41,237 nucleotides of DNA, taken from the NCBI GenBank assembly GCA_001655205.1, contig LPNZ01003216.1:1-41237 (forward strand), written 5' to 3'. The stretch's first letter is position 1, and the number at the start of each line of letters is the position of its first letter. The DNA comes from Lenisia limosa. Taxonomy: Eukaryota > Protista > Breviatea. Shown piece by piece: positions 1 through 12,448 of the stretch. The notes below the pieces were generated by a model that saw only the letters and a list, made by a program, of their open reading frames with translations, was not told where the DNA came from and did no database searches. Both the position numbers and the translations under genes were made by a program.

Positions 1-1674
1 CCCTCTATGGTGGCGGGAGCAACCTGAAGAACGCGCTTGGCCATAATGATGGGGCACATGCTCACACTGCAATGGTGCGTCATATTGATGCACCGTTGTC
101 AGAATAGTTCCTCACATTCTGTTTGGATGTTATCTTCCTTTTAAAACAATATCTAAGCGGATTCAGTTTTTTTCACATCCACAGATTCTTCCCAATAGCA
201 TCCTACCTGATAGTGAAGTACCATTGAAGTTTGGGAGGGAGGGGAGGGAGCTCAAGGGATGGGGTACTCCCTTCATCACATTATAATTAGCCGTGCAATA
301 AAAAAATAATTGCAAAATTTTAAGTGTGACATAATGTAAAGACATTTCAATTTCAAATTTTGTCAACTACTTTCTTCAAATAAACGGAATCCTAATTATC
401 ATCAATATCCTTGAAAATGATGATGTGGAGGGCTTCGGTCAGGCCCACACTTTTATCCTTTCTGATATTTACATCTCCAATCAAGTTTGTTTTAACTCTT
501 CAGGTTTGGAGACGCACGTGGACGGTCGCTTCCAATTCTGTCAGGTGTGTTACCATAATATGCTGTCATTATGGTTTTGTATTCTATCACAGACGGATCG
601 TTTATTATACCAGAGGCCAAAAACGCGTTTATTCGAGGGGGTTATCAGTACTATGAATGCAAGACCAACTTCGACTCGACGTTCACCAAGGTTGCTACTG
701 AAATATATACATGTACATGTGATATATATATAGCAATGAGAAATAAAAAAAATAAGATTATATATGTATACATGTACATACATACCTATTATGATGTTTT
801 AATGCACAATCCTCAACAGGCATTGGATATTTACCATTTTAGATCAACTCAGTCGATATCAACGGCAAAATTGACCAATACGCCTGCAATTACGCAGGGT
901 GTTCCTTCCTTCTTGGTGAGTTGAATCTATGGGGAGTGTGCTTCGTTTGGAAAATGTCTTTGTAACCATTCAGATGATGGCAAAGTTTTTGCTTGCGGTA
1001 GAGAGGTGGGAAGGGGATGCCGACAGAAATCAGCTTCATCAGTACCTAACGATGTGTAGGTTTTCGGCTTCCTGGTCAATGGAACAGAGACCACTTCTAC
1101 GGTTGGTGGGGGATTGTTTGGCCAAAAGCATCCATGTCATATTCTTCAGAAACCGAAAGCATCCATGTAATTCTTCAGAAACCAGTTGATATTTCTGCCG
1201 CAGTTGGAGAGGTCGATCTCATCCAAACGTCCTTCGACTCAACCTTCTTCTTCAGACCTGTCGGAAGTAAGGGGGGGGGGGCATGGGGAAACTGCTGCTT
1301 GCGTNNNNNNNNNNNNNNNNNNNNNNNNNNNNNNNNNNNNNNNNNNNNNNNNNNNNNNNNNNNNNNNNNNNNNNNNNNNAGGTGACAACGCAAATGCCAA
1401 GTCTGAGTCACCTCTGGTTTCATTTATATTCTCAACCTGCAGTGTACGCCTCAGTTCGAGTGATCACCGGGGCTCCACCTTTTAACATGCAATTCCCCAT
1501 ATACGGTTGCACCCACAACCAGGCTCTCAATGAGGTATGCCGCGCTACTTCTCAACCTTCATGTTGCTCACCCTCGCCCAGGTATATTCTCTGAATGTCC
1601 CTGCTGGCCACCGCTTTAAATCAGCATCAGCTGAGAGGAACACTATTATTTTACACTCCTCTGTTGTGGACTAA
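1..1674 (+). CDS. RCC1/BLIP-II-like repeat protein, multi-exon, 5'-partial
   Basis: Spliced exons give LYGGGSNLKNALGHNDG (3-), INSVDINGKIDQYACNYAGCSFLL|DDGKVFACGRE|VFGFLVNGTETTST|KPVDISAAVGEVDLIQTSFDSTFFF (843-1266), resembling RCC1 repeats (xxxCG..hs.fL..dGkvyacG...GqLG.G....P..i). Good plus-strand splice signals (GTGAGT, ctaac...tag). Last exon VYSLNVPAGHRFKSASAERNTIILHSSVVD-TAA ends 1674. One N gap inside. Confidence 0.6.
288..394. mobile_element. MITE-like family 4 (TAGGGTTCCGT termini), degenerate intronic copy
   Basis: Aligns with 10424-10555: gtgcaat..taatt.caaaat..aagt..gacata.tgtaa...gaca.tt.aatttcaaattttgtcaacta (27/29 in the last block), ends acggaatccta. Confidence 0.5.
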
Positions 1675-1793
1675 ATGCCCATGTTTTGCCTTTAAAGTAT
1701 ATTATGTATTGTTCACTCACTTGATGGTCATCGATACATTACATAACACTCATTTAGTTCACATTCATAAAATAATACATACACATGAGCAGC

Positions 1794-4700
1794 TCACCCA
1801 ATCATCAAAATTTCGCTGGTTGTTTCAACGGAAGCAGTTTCGAACACTGCCATTTCAGCCTTCTGTGTGTTGGCGAAGTCGTTAACATTGTGTTTTCGCT
1901 CATCAATTTCTAAGTGTTTAAACAGGTTTACTTAATCAGAAATCATTCTTGCTAGATTTTTAAGGAGCATAACAATGGCAGAGACCCCCCCCCCCCNNNN
2001 NNNNNNNNNNNNNNNNNNNNNNNNNNNNNNNNNNNNNNNNNNNNNNNNNNNNNNNNNNNNNNNNNNNNNNACACAGTGAGGACAACGGCAGATGCAAAGG
2101 TCTTCCCTAGGAAGATTACACACCATTGGCAAAACATTATTAATATTCTGAAATTGAGTTTACATACATTAATTGCACGCAGCTCTAAAATAATTCCCTA
2201 CCAAGTCCGGTAGCGTCATCCATAAAGTAGAAGGCAAACGACAAGGTCACAATTGATGAAATCGTGCAGGTGGTTTCCAATGCGTTTATCTGGACTGTCA
2301 ACCAACAGTCGAAACATACATGTGCCAGCAGGTAGGGCTTGCTTTCAACATGGACGCTGAAGAAGACCAAAAGAACGGACAAAGCTGCGAACAACTAGAA
2401 GGTTATCGCTTTTCACCCATTGGGATATTTCAGTTCACATGGATATTATATATTAGTATATGGGCTGCACTCTCGTACCTGAATATATGGGTTGGAGGCG
2501 AAGACTGTCAACGCTAGAGACAGTGAAAATGTCCTGAAACAGGCAACCTCCTCAAAGTAATAGCACTTGGGGGTGAACCTGAGGTACAGCGGCGAAAAGC
2601 TAAAGAGGTTACATCACACTAGTGCTTACGAGGCAAGAACCTGGTTGTCTTCATAGAGGTTGGATTGGTGCTTCCTCAAGATGATAAGGAAGATTATTGG
2701 AATAGCCAATACGCCAATAACAGTAACGACAACCGCCGGAACAAGAAGCTCCATATGCCTGCCAGAGTAGCACTCAATGCTCGGATCTGATAAATCAGGT
2801 GTCAGCACTGATACAAGAAGATATTCATGATAAAAGGTTCGAATGATATAACCCTCACCAGCATTGAGAAGGTACAGGTCGCCTGTCTTATCACAGGAGA
2901 AGAATGAAAGTACATGAAGAGAGATGGGCAAATAGGCTGCCATCAGGAAGATTATAGTGGCCCTCTTTCCCGCAAAGCTGAACGGTTATGTAATTTGCCA
3001 CAGTTCCATAATTCTCCAATATAGCGTTCTCTCAAAGTGACACTCTGGTATATGAAATGAATATAATCTGAGTTCACTTTGTGTGTTCAACTTCCCCATT
3101 TGGAGGAAATCTTCAGTGCCGCCTACATAGCAAAATGGGCATCAGCTGACTTGGACACCAAGACGCACAGAGCAATAACCACGAGGCAAACAGTAGGTAC
3201 CGCCAGTAGAATAAAGTACAAATTAAAGAAGCCAAGACCTTCTCCAATCCTGAAATGGTTAAGTTCAACATATCGTGTCATATTATTAGTCGTAAAAGAG
3301 ACAAAACAAACCCGCATTCAGCATGTGTGGCCTCCACTTTGAATAGGAAGAAGGAGAGAACCTGTCATTATGAGTATTATTTCAATGGTTTAACCGCCAC
3401 CAAGGTATCTGATTTCCGTATACCGTAAATACACTTCGCAGCTCTGTTGGCCAGTTCACATCAAAAGTACCATAAAGTGCTGTAACCTAGAGTGAGTGAG
3501 CGTTTGATAGAATTATTTTTTCAATATCCACGTAACAAACCTGTATGAACTGAAAAAGCACCCTAATAGCCGCGCCGCGCGATGTGGAGGCATCAGCACC
3601 CCATGACATGATAAACAGAATGACCATCATGAGCGAGATGATAACAATGCTAAGGTAGGGCAGAAGATGCGCCAACGTGTTGCATTTCTATGGAGTCACA
3701 AGGATAATCATAGCTCTGTACTTACCTTGCATTCACCGGAGTCCCTGTACCAGCCGTCAACACACTTGCCGCAGACAAGACCATCGTAGCCTTCAGCACA
3801 CTGCGAACCGCCCAAACATGACGCTCTGCATGCCGTTAGGACCAACAAGGATATGAGTACTATTTCATGCTATGAGTATTTGAGACGACAACCAAAGAGC
3901 CTACTCCTTTGCTGGACACTGTATGAAAGTGTCCTGAGAGGTAAAATAGCCAGCGTCAGCCTCGGGCTTAGCCGTTCCTCCCGCACAAACTCCACCTAAA
4001 GGATCAGTACATGCTTCATCGTAGCATTGACCAAAAAAGTAAAGTCATATGTTCATATCGAATCCCTCATACCAGTGGGGCACGTGACACACACTCCTGC
4101 AGTACTACAGCGTAAGAGTCAACCAATGACAAAGCGAACATGTACCCACATACTTCCTATAACTACCTTGTTGACACATACAGCTGTCAACAGATACAGA
4201 GCCAATTGATTCTGTTTCGGTGAGTTCTGGACACTCTTTGCACGTCAATGCTGAAGTGTTAAAAGAGACTGTTTAGCAGGCAATCTGGTGAAAACCCTAC
4301 TGAGTATACATATCATACTCAGACATTTTGGCTGTTAGAGTGTTAGTCAAGGAAAGAAACTGCCTCATAAATTTTAATCCATCATACACGACATTTCATC
4401 TTGATAGAAGTTCACAGGGCACCTGACACACTTGTCTAACCCAAAGTCGAAAGAGCTTCCAGCGCTACACACACAGTCGCTTTTCCTAATAGTTATTCTA
4501 GTTATGCTGTTCACAACAGTTATAATTCAGCCCAAAGCCCTAGTACGGATCAGAAGAGAACTCTAGTTCAGCGTTTTCCGGACAGACACAGTCAGTAAAG
4601 TTAGTAGCGCCGACGTTGAGAGTGGTGGCCCCAGAACTGCACATTTCACATACCTGTGAGGTGAGGTGAATATATGTATGTAACCCAGGATGTTGTAAGA

Positions 4701-7700
4701 ATCAGGTTTGTTGGGATGTCGCTGATACATTTCCAAAATGCACCATTGAAATATCAAAAAAGAAAGAAGCTCATACCGAATTTGATGTCTCGGATTTGTA
4801 CTGACCCAAAGAACATGGAGCACAGCCGGCTGAAAGTGATACACGTAGGGCGTCACTCCAGCACAAAAAAATATCTGTGAACTATCGAAATATATGATAT
4901 AGTATAATATATATTAAGAAATTCTATCTGGATCGGAGTGAATCCCTGGTTGCAAAGCAATGTACGCATAGTTGTATGCACAATACCAACTTGAGCTGTC
5001 TTCGGAAGAGCTGTAGCCGGGGATACACACACAGTTATTGTCTTTGTCGTGTACCTTATTGGCACCACATTCGACACATTGTCGGTCAACTATGGGAGCA
5101 CCGGTTCTGCAAGAGTAACCGAATATCCGCTTTATGGACAAAAATGGACCCTGACATACCTGCATGCACAGACATTCGGTGTAGCTGTGGGTTCTGAACC
5201 CTCTGGGCAGGTGCAGTTCTGAGCAAGTGTGGACCCCCGACTAAAATGTCAGTCATATATAAAGTCATATGAAATGACGATAACATACTATAGTAGTATA
5301 ATAGAGTATATAGATAGCATATAATATGATATAATGACATATTATGCTAAATTTACCAGAATACTGCCTTGTTACCTTGAATACAGGTTACCCGGACATG
5401 GTAAACACTGCTCGTCTCCAGAATTTGTCTTATAAGTTCCCTCAGCACAAGCGGTACAACTGCCGTCAGCTGCTACCGTATATCCTAACAGGTAAGTGAG
5501 TATCAAGTGAACACTAGGTATGACTAGAACCCATACACGCTGTTGGAGTACTAATATTCGCTCTTTCAATAATACTGACATTCCTACCAGGATTACAGAC
5601 ACACTCGTTTCCAAGTCCAGCAGTAGATCCCGAATGTGAGCCACAAGCCCTTGACGGTGAGGCCTGGTAGCAACAACGAAACAAATGATGTGTTGAACAT
5701 GCCTGCCCCACCTGCAGCGCTGTTCAAATAGTTCAGTGTTGATAGGGCAGCGACAGAGAGTTGTTGCTCCTTGGAAGATAAAAATTTGACCAAAAACATT
5801 GACCGAGGGTATTTGAATGTTCCCTTTACCGTCTAAATACTCCTCAAATGTGTCAAGACATCTGCATTTGCCTAAAGTGTCAGGAATTGCAAATGAAAAC
5901 AATCACAAACGAGAAACACGCCTTGTTCCCACTTATTGACATTGAGGCTTTGGGTGAGGCCATGTAGGGACTTGGACAACTCGTACAAAGCTGAAAATGT
6001 CACATTACATATGTTTTGGTACAAAATTCTGGGGAGGCATGCTGTAAGCTGTCTGCACAGAGCTGTAAGGCAAATGATTGGGTGAATTGATATTATACTA
6101 TAATCCAATATCTCTTATAAGAACGGCTTCAGCCAGATACAGCCTTTTAGTCCTCATCCCTATAATATACTAATAGTATAGCCACATGTATATGTTACAC
6201 TTCAGCCAACTTCAACACCTGTAAGATACTCATTAGCAAAGCTGCCAGTTTTGTATGTGTTTGCCGGGCATTCAGTGCATCCTAAATGTAAGCTACATGT
6301 ACTTACTTATATGTTATCTTACCGGGTAAACTAGAGTCCAAATATTGGCCACTGTCACATGCACACATCCCTTCAACTTCAATAAGGCCCCCTGATTGTC
6401 AGCTCAGTGTTACTGTGGTTATCTCTAACCAGTGAACATCGTGGAGCAAGGTTCAGCTGTTACTGTCATGAACTAAAGAAAATGTAAAACATCATGTACA
6501 TATTAAGATTGAATACTTTGAAAATCAGAAACACTCACGTTTTCAACTGACTCTATTGAGAGGTCAAAAGAGAGTAACGTAACCTGAAAAGTAACACAGA
6601 AAGAGTCGAAGGTAATCTACGTTATACTGGACGCCTTGTTTCAAAAGCACGGAAAAGGACAATTCAGCTGAACCAGTTGCGGCGACACACGAAGACAACC
6701 CCACGCCGGACTATGGTGATGAGTGGGCAGGGATGGGGGGTCTTACCCAGTAAGGTTCAGGTGAGAAGGCTAAAGACACAGAACAAGTGCCATTTACGTC
6801 CAGAGAGTCGAATTGCGACTACAAGGGTGAGTAATATCAAAGTAAAGATCATAACTTCGAGTTTAGATTGATTGCGATTCCGCAGCAAGTTAAATATACT
6901 GATCGCCAACCTGTACAACGGGACTGGCGACAACACCCAAGTAGTCCAGAGTGGAAGGTGGCAGTGCAGTAATCTAATATGTCAGATAACCACTACGGCT
7001 CGGAAAAAGACTGAATTTCTCGATTAATCCTCGAAAACTATCGACATTTTACTGGTCTTTTTCAAACTAAAGTGAAGCCCAAGTAAACACAAAGTCGCCG
7101 TCATACCTTTAGGTCACGCTTCTTGTAGGTGTAGACGGTTTGGACGCCTGAAAATAATCTGCAGTCATTGGAGAAGCTCAAAGTGCGCTGGGTCATCCGA
7201 ATGGGGGAAGTAATCTGAAAGAGTGCGGCGTTTGGTGTAATAACCTACAAGAATAAATTGCTGATGCTGAAGCCAAGAACAAAAAGCAACTCAACACCCC
7301 CATACGGTGACATCAGAAACAACGCCGTCTAAAATGACACAGGAGTCTTCAGACTTATAGAAATGCTCTCCATGGAGTGTCAGTGTTACTGTGCCGTTCA
7401 GAGGGGCCTCCGCAGTTGCGGGAGTAATCGCACTGAACAAATGAAAACAATGATAAAGGAATGAACAAAAACGTTTCGATGACACCCACGTCAAGATTGG
7501 CACCTCAGTGTAAGTCATTGTTGTCGCCAATACGGGTACGTCCAAATCGGTGACAACGTTGAAGGTGTAAGACGAAAGGGCCTCTCCGACTGGGAGAACA
7601 ATCATGGTCTCAATAATGCCTGGAGATTCTTGTATAATGGCGGTGTTGAAGCGATACACTGGACTGTCGGTACTCTGATACACCTCAACAATGAGAATTG

Positions 7701-10700
7701 GCAACAATGACGCTTTAACCGTGAGAAGCCTCAGCACTGTGCCATTGGTGAAGGCATGGCTCGGCGAGAACTCGAATAGAGCGCCTTCTTCAACAATAAG
7801 TGTGATGTTGTTGCTGTTAAGCAGGGTTGTGGATGCGTGGAAAGAGATTTCGGCAGCCCCAGCAGCAATTTCAGTGACAATGTGGCAGGTGGCAGTATTG
7901 GCCGTGAATGTGGCGTTGAAGGTACGGTCATTGAGATAACACTGAATGTTAGTTTTCTCTAGTTGCACGATATGAAAAGAAACCACAACCACTCACCCTC
8001 GGATTCGGGTCTGTCATTACTGCCGTGAGGTCACCTGAGGAACAGACAATATCAATAGACCCCGAGGTTGAGAGTGAGTTAGTTGAACAGTCCATGACGA
8101 CAGGGGTAAACACAGGTGCAGGGGCTGTGAGGGTGTCAAACTGAGTCAGCATACACGCCGATAAAGCATTGAATAATATCACCCCCTACTGTAAGTGACG
8201 AAATAGGAGTCAGAAAGCATGGCTGTGGCATCTTCAACAAAGCCGGATATGTTTGTCTCATACCACTCCCCAAACTGACTTTCGAGGAAGTGGCCTCGTT
8301 CTACAACCGTTTCAACAATTCATGGTTGCAAACACATTAATATCGTACCTAATTACTACGATCAGGAATATCATTATACTATGAGAGATAATGACATTTA
8401 ATTCGCTCTTATATCTTTTTCTTATCACAAGACAAAACGTACCAGTTAGGATGAAGGAATGGAACTCATGGTGCTGATGCCCCACTCTGTTTGGCCGCCC
8501 CGCTGCAGCCGGAAGTTCCGGGTAATAGTCCCAAAAAGGAAGGTACAGGCCCGTTTCTGCAGAATTAAGAGATTTTTAATAAATATGAACCAACCTGACA
8601 TGAGTCCGATACTCGACTGATCATCGGGAGAGTTTTTGAAGGAAAATAAGTCAGTCCTAGTCGTTATAACATGTTTGATGTTAAAGCGCACGAAATGGAA
8701 CGCAAAATAAGGATTGATGTTCGCAAACCATTTGGTGTCTGTAAGAACTTCAGTGGGTTCCATGAATGTGTCACTGAATGCGTATCCTTGAGCGAAAGTG
8801 TTACCAGATTCTAAATTTGTGTCAGCTTCTTTATGTGTTGTTTCCCTAAGATAGATAAGGATTTAATAACCAATAAGCTGTTATGCTTAAATAAACAATG
8901 TGGGTATTTGGTGCCTGAATTAACCCACCGGTGAGGTACATTGCAGCGTATTCGGAGGAACTGATCGCATAAGTGTCGATCTGGAGAAGTGAAGAAGCAA
9001 AACCAGCCAACCTTCTGGCTGCCGAAGTCTGACTGCTCCACCAGAGACATGCCGTTGATCTCAACAACGTCCGACCCGAATAAGGACGAGTCCCAATTGG
9101 CATTCAGTCCGCACACCCAGAGCTGGCTGTTTTCTGCAAGGTTATGTGTGAGCCATAGACGAGTGCTCTGAATCACATTGAAAACAGATTGCAATAGGAA
9201 TAAAAGACCATACCAAGTAAGAGAGTGATATATTGAAAGCCAGCAGGAAAGGAGTTGTACACACCAACAATCGGTGAACCAAGCTAAAGTGTGAAGAACC
9301 ATCATAACACAAGAATGATAAACCCACTTCAACATTTGTCACAGTATCAATAGTAGGGCCACTGTCATGGCACGGACTGTCGTAGAACACAGCTGACCCA
9401 TCCTCTGTAATGTTAAATAGGAACATTTCTCAGTGTCCTCACTGTAATGAATGTAGTTCTTGTGGAGATTTGCAATTGTTGATGGGTCTGCCTAAAACGT
9501 CAGTAACTATAGTTATCAGGGGTACCAGCACGGTGGTGATGAACTCACCGCCAAAACATCAGTCAAGAGAGCTGCATTCACATCAGCATGGATTCCTTTG
9601 GTCACATCATCTTCTATATCAAAGTAAGATAGAAGTTACAGAAAAGCAATCCAGAAGAGTCAACATACCGCAAATATAGCCAAAGTTGGGGAAAGCCAGT
9701 TTTGGCTTTGAGGCGCCACAAGGAGACGGCGAAAGGCCAAATCGACGTACTGGTGCAAGAGTGTTCCACCACATCACTTTGCCCGCATCTAAACGGTGGG
9801 TTTAATGAATACAGTTGTAGTGTGACAATGCACTCCAGCTGGAGAAGCAATAAAAACGGTCAAATTGTAGAGGGTTTTATTGTGAAGGGGATTAGTGTTG
9901 ATGTTGATGTGACTGTGGGTAGATGCTATTTGACTAGACACCATCCTACCAGTCAAGCCCCTAAAGGTCAAAGTCGTCCCAAACAGCTGCGTTGCTAACT
10001 GAATAGTCACAAGCCAAACTTCACTTCAGAAAGAAAAAAACAGGGCCAACAGCTCGCCAATTCTGTAAATCAACGTTAATTGAATTTTATTTTGCCTTCT
10101 TGTTGAATATCATTCCGATTCGCAATAATTGACACGTATCATCAAAAAAATTACATACAGTAACAAAACTCTCCCCTGTCGGTGCAACAACGTTACTGAG
10201 GTCGGGTATGGAAGAGGCTCCGTAGCTGTTTATCAGCGTCAAACTGCCGGCTGAAGTGTCAATGACGAAACTGTAGTATGCATCATACCATTACTAACAA
10301 CGGTATGCTGGACTTTATCTAAGTCGACAAAGCCTGCTGGGAGGATTTGCTTGATATGATTCACGTAAATCTCCCCATCATCCCCTGCATCAATTAAAAA
10401 CAGATAAGCATCAAAAAAAAATAGGGCTTCGTGCAATTGTAAACTTAATTCCAAAATATGAAGTCGGACATATTGTAACGAGAACCCTATTACTGACACT
10501 TTAATTTCAAATTTTGTCAACTATTGCCTTAAAAAAATTTAACTGTACGGAACCCTAAAAAAAGGAAGTCTCATCCCACCTCTCATGACGGACTTGTCGA
10601 TATTCCAACTCGAAATGGAAGACACATAGCACTCAACCGGTGTTGCAGGGCCAGAAGTTGTTTTGTGAGCATAAAACGTGCTAGGGTTTTGAATAGAGCT

Positions 10701-12043
10701 TCTGTGGTACATCGAATCTCCTAAGTAATGTAAATTATAACAGCCATTTAAAGCGAATGGACTATCACGAGGTATTGTAAGTCGTTTCTTAGTATTTGGG
10801 AAACCAACAACCTTGGGAGAAAACATAAAGGGCATTCGAATAAGACGTAATGCATGATGGTGTGTAGCCAAGGTCGTACTAGACAATTAGTGATAAAAAA
10901 AACACCAACTTCAGTGTAGCCAGAACTGCCTAAAACGTAGATCTTTCCGGTACCTAATTCATAAGGGAATGATGTTGTTATGTAGAGAACTAGTGGGGAT
11001 GATAACATTATTATTTCACAACACTATTCCACCCTCACTTGAATTGATACCAGCAAGTCCATTGAAAAACGTCAAGCCTGCGGGGATCTTCAGGGTCAGT
11101 CAGGTAAGAATTGAAACAATCACAAAGTCAGGAGTGGTTGATCATCAAAGAAATAACCTCCCTTACCACAGCATTCTCAGCCGTTAAAAGAGGATTCGAG
11201 TTCAGATCAAAAATTAGGTTATCATCTAAAGCCGTAAACAAATGAATAAAACATAACTAAACTCCATCCGTGATCTGTTGTGACTGAACTTGTATAAGCA
11301 TACCAGATTCAACGAACATCTTATCCCGGAGGCAGTGAAACTAAACATGTCAGCAACCAACAAACACCTGTCACAAAAGAACCCTTTCGCGTACTTTAAT
11401 ATACTTTTTTGGAATAGTTGATGGAGTTGTTACGGAATGGATTTGGCCGTATCCGTCGAATCGATATAGATTATCCGTTGCCTTGTCTACATTTGCCCAT
11501 TAACACGAGAAATACTGAAGAGAGTATTATTGTTACTCTAAAGAGAGTACAGAAAACAGCTATTGGCCCACCAGTTATCAAATAAGACGAGTACTGGCAA
11601 TGGCACATAGAGGTGACTGTTCCCTCCGCTCCAAGAAACTGGGTGGAGGTGGTAACACTATTTGCCCCTTTGTCAAAAAAATTATGTTTGCAGGTTGTGA
11701 AGAGTGAATCTTTAAGCATCACCAACTTCTTGAGGAACAAAAGAGAGCAGCAAAAAGCAAGACCATACCCCCTCCCACCTCAGTATCAACGATTTCCATG
11801 GTTGCGTCCAGAATGGGCGTCAAGGTCGAGATGAGTCCCTCAAGGTTGCCTCCTGCCACTGCCTCCAAGCCTGATGCAGAGTGTTATAGTCTTTCAAGAT
11901 ATGCGTCAAGCAAAAGAAAAGAGGAAAGCGGTGGAGGAAGAATTTTATGATCGAACAAGGCGCATATCCACTTCCCTACCATTTGTAAGCGAAACCAGGC
12001 TGAGAAGAACCCATAGGGTAACTACTGTAAGAGTTATGTCCAT
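1794..12043 (-). CDS. Paralog A: large membrane protein - signal peptide, IPT/TIG-like domains, Cys-rich ephrin-receptor-like (GCC2/GCC3) repeats, multi-pass TM C-terminus
   Basis: First exon MDITLTVVTLWVLLSLVSLTN (ATG 12043, signal-peptide-like); TIG-like AEAPLNGTVTLTLHGEHFYKSEDSCVILDG (~7310-7410); repeats such as CTACAEGTYKTNSGDEQCLPCP, CVRCPVNFYQDEMSSLTCKECP; juxtamembrane CLGGSQCAEGYDGLVCGKCVDGWYRDSGECK; TM exons (LLPYLSIVIISLMMVILFIMSWG, LLVPAVVVTVIGVLAIPIIFLIIL, FAALSVLLVFFSVH). Dozens of GT-AG introns; 3' end approximate. Confidence 0.85.
6119..6141. repeat. 23-bp dispersed core AAGAACGGCTTCAGCCAGATACA, copy 1 (intron of A)
   Basis: Identical to 13141-13163; flanked by TA-rich low-complexity DNA. 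Confidence 0.75.
6986..7080 (-). mobile_element. MITE-like family 1, degenerate copy in intron of A
   Basis: Reverse complement gggcttcacttt...gtcgatagttttcgaggattaatcgagaaattcagtcttttt matches the copies at 25032, 28984, 30725. Confidence 0.75.
10424..10555. mobile_element. MITE-like family 4, intronic in A
   Basis: TA|GGGCTTCGTGCA ... TGTACGGAACCC|TA: imperfect terminal inverted repeat with TA on both sides; internal sequence shared with 288-394. Confidence 0.6.
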
Positions 12044-12448
12044 CCCCAAGACTCAGATTGCACAATGCTCGTTTAGTTGCATATATCTAACACTGCTAAA
12101 TTATTTAAGTCCAATCCCTTTGAAAAAGTGAATAAACGCGGCCCCGCCCATTTAACCGCCAACTTATCCGACTCCCCTTTTTCACACTATCCGCCACCTT
12201 CCGCCTCTCCTCAAGCCTTTTCCCGCGGCAACTGATCATAGAATTGTGAACCGTCGATTAAGTGCGTGAAAGGAGGGAAACACGCAGTATTATGCTGAGT
12301 CACTGAGTCATTCCTCTCCTGCTGATCATTCCGTGTCTGTTCAAGGTGAACTCCGTTACATTGTCAATGAATACAGGGTCTCACAAGAGAGAAAATAATA
12401 TAAAATAAGAAGTGGCCAGCAGGAAGCGAGAGTAAGCTCCAGTTCAAA
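12044..12448. promoter_or_regulatory. Probable bidirectional promoter between paralogs A and B
   Basis: ~400 bp between divergent starts; GC-box-like GCCCCGCCC (~12140), several CCGCC, TTTTCCCGC (~12218), tandem TGAGTCA motifs (~12295-12309). Function inferred from position only. Confidence 0.5.

Noticed and set aside
163-1600. Third receptor paralog on the minus strand, suggested by the two 'MTKFEI' ORFs
   Set aside because: The shared text is an intronic repeat element; plus-strand exons splice into a coherent RCC1-like protein
4255-4300. Apparent in-frame TAA in paralog A (IAC*TVSFN)
   Set aside because: Falls in an intron: T|GTATGA ... cttcag|CA gives NFYQDEMSSLTCKECP
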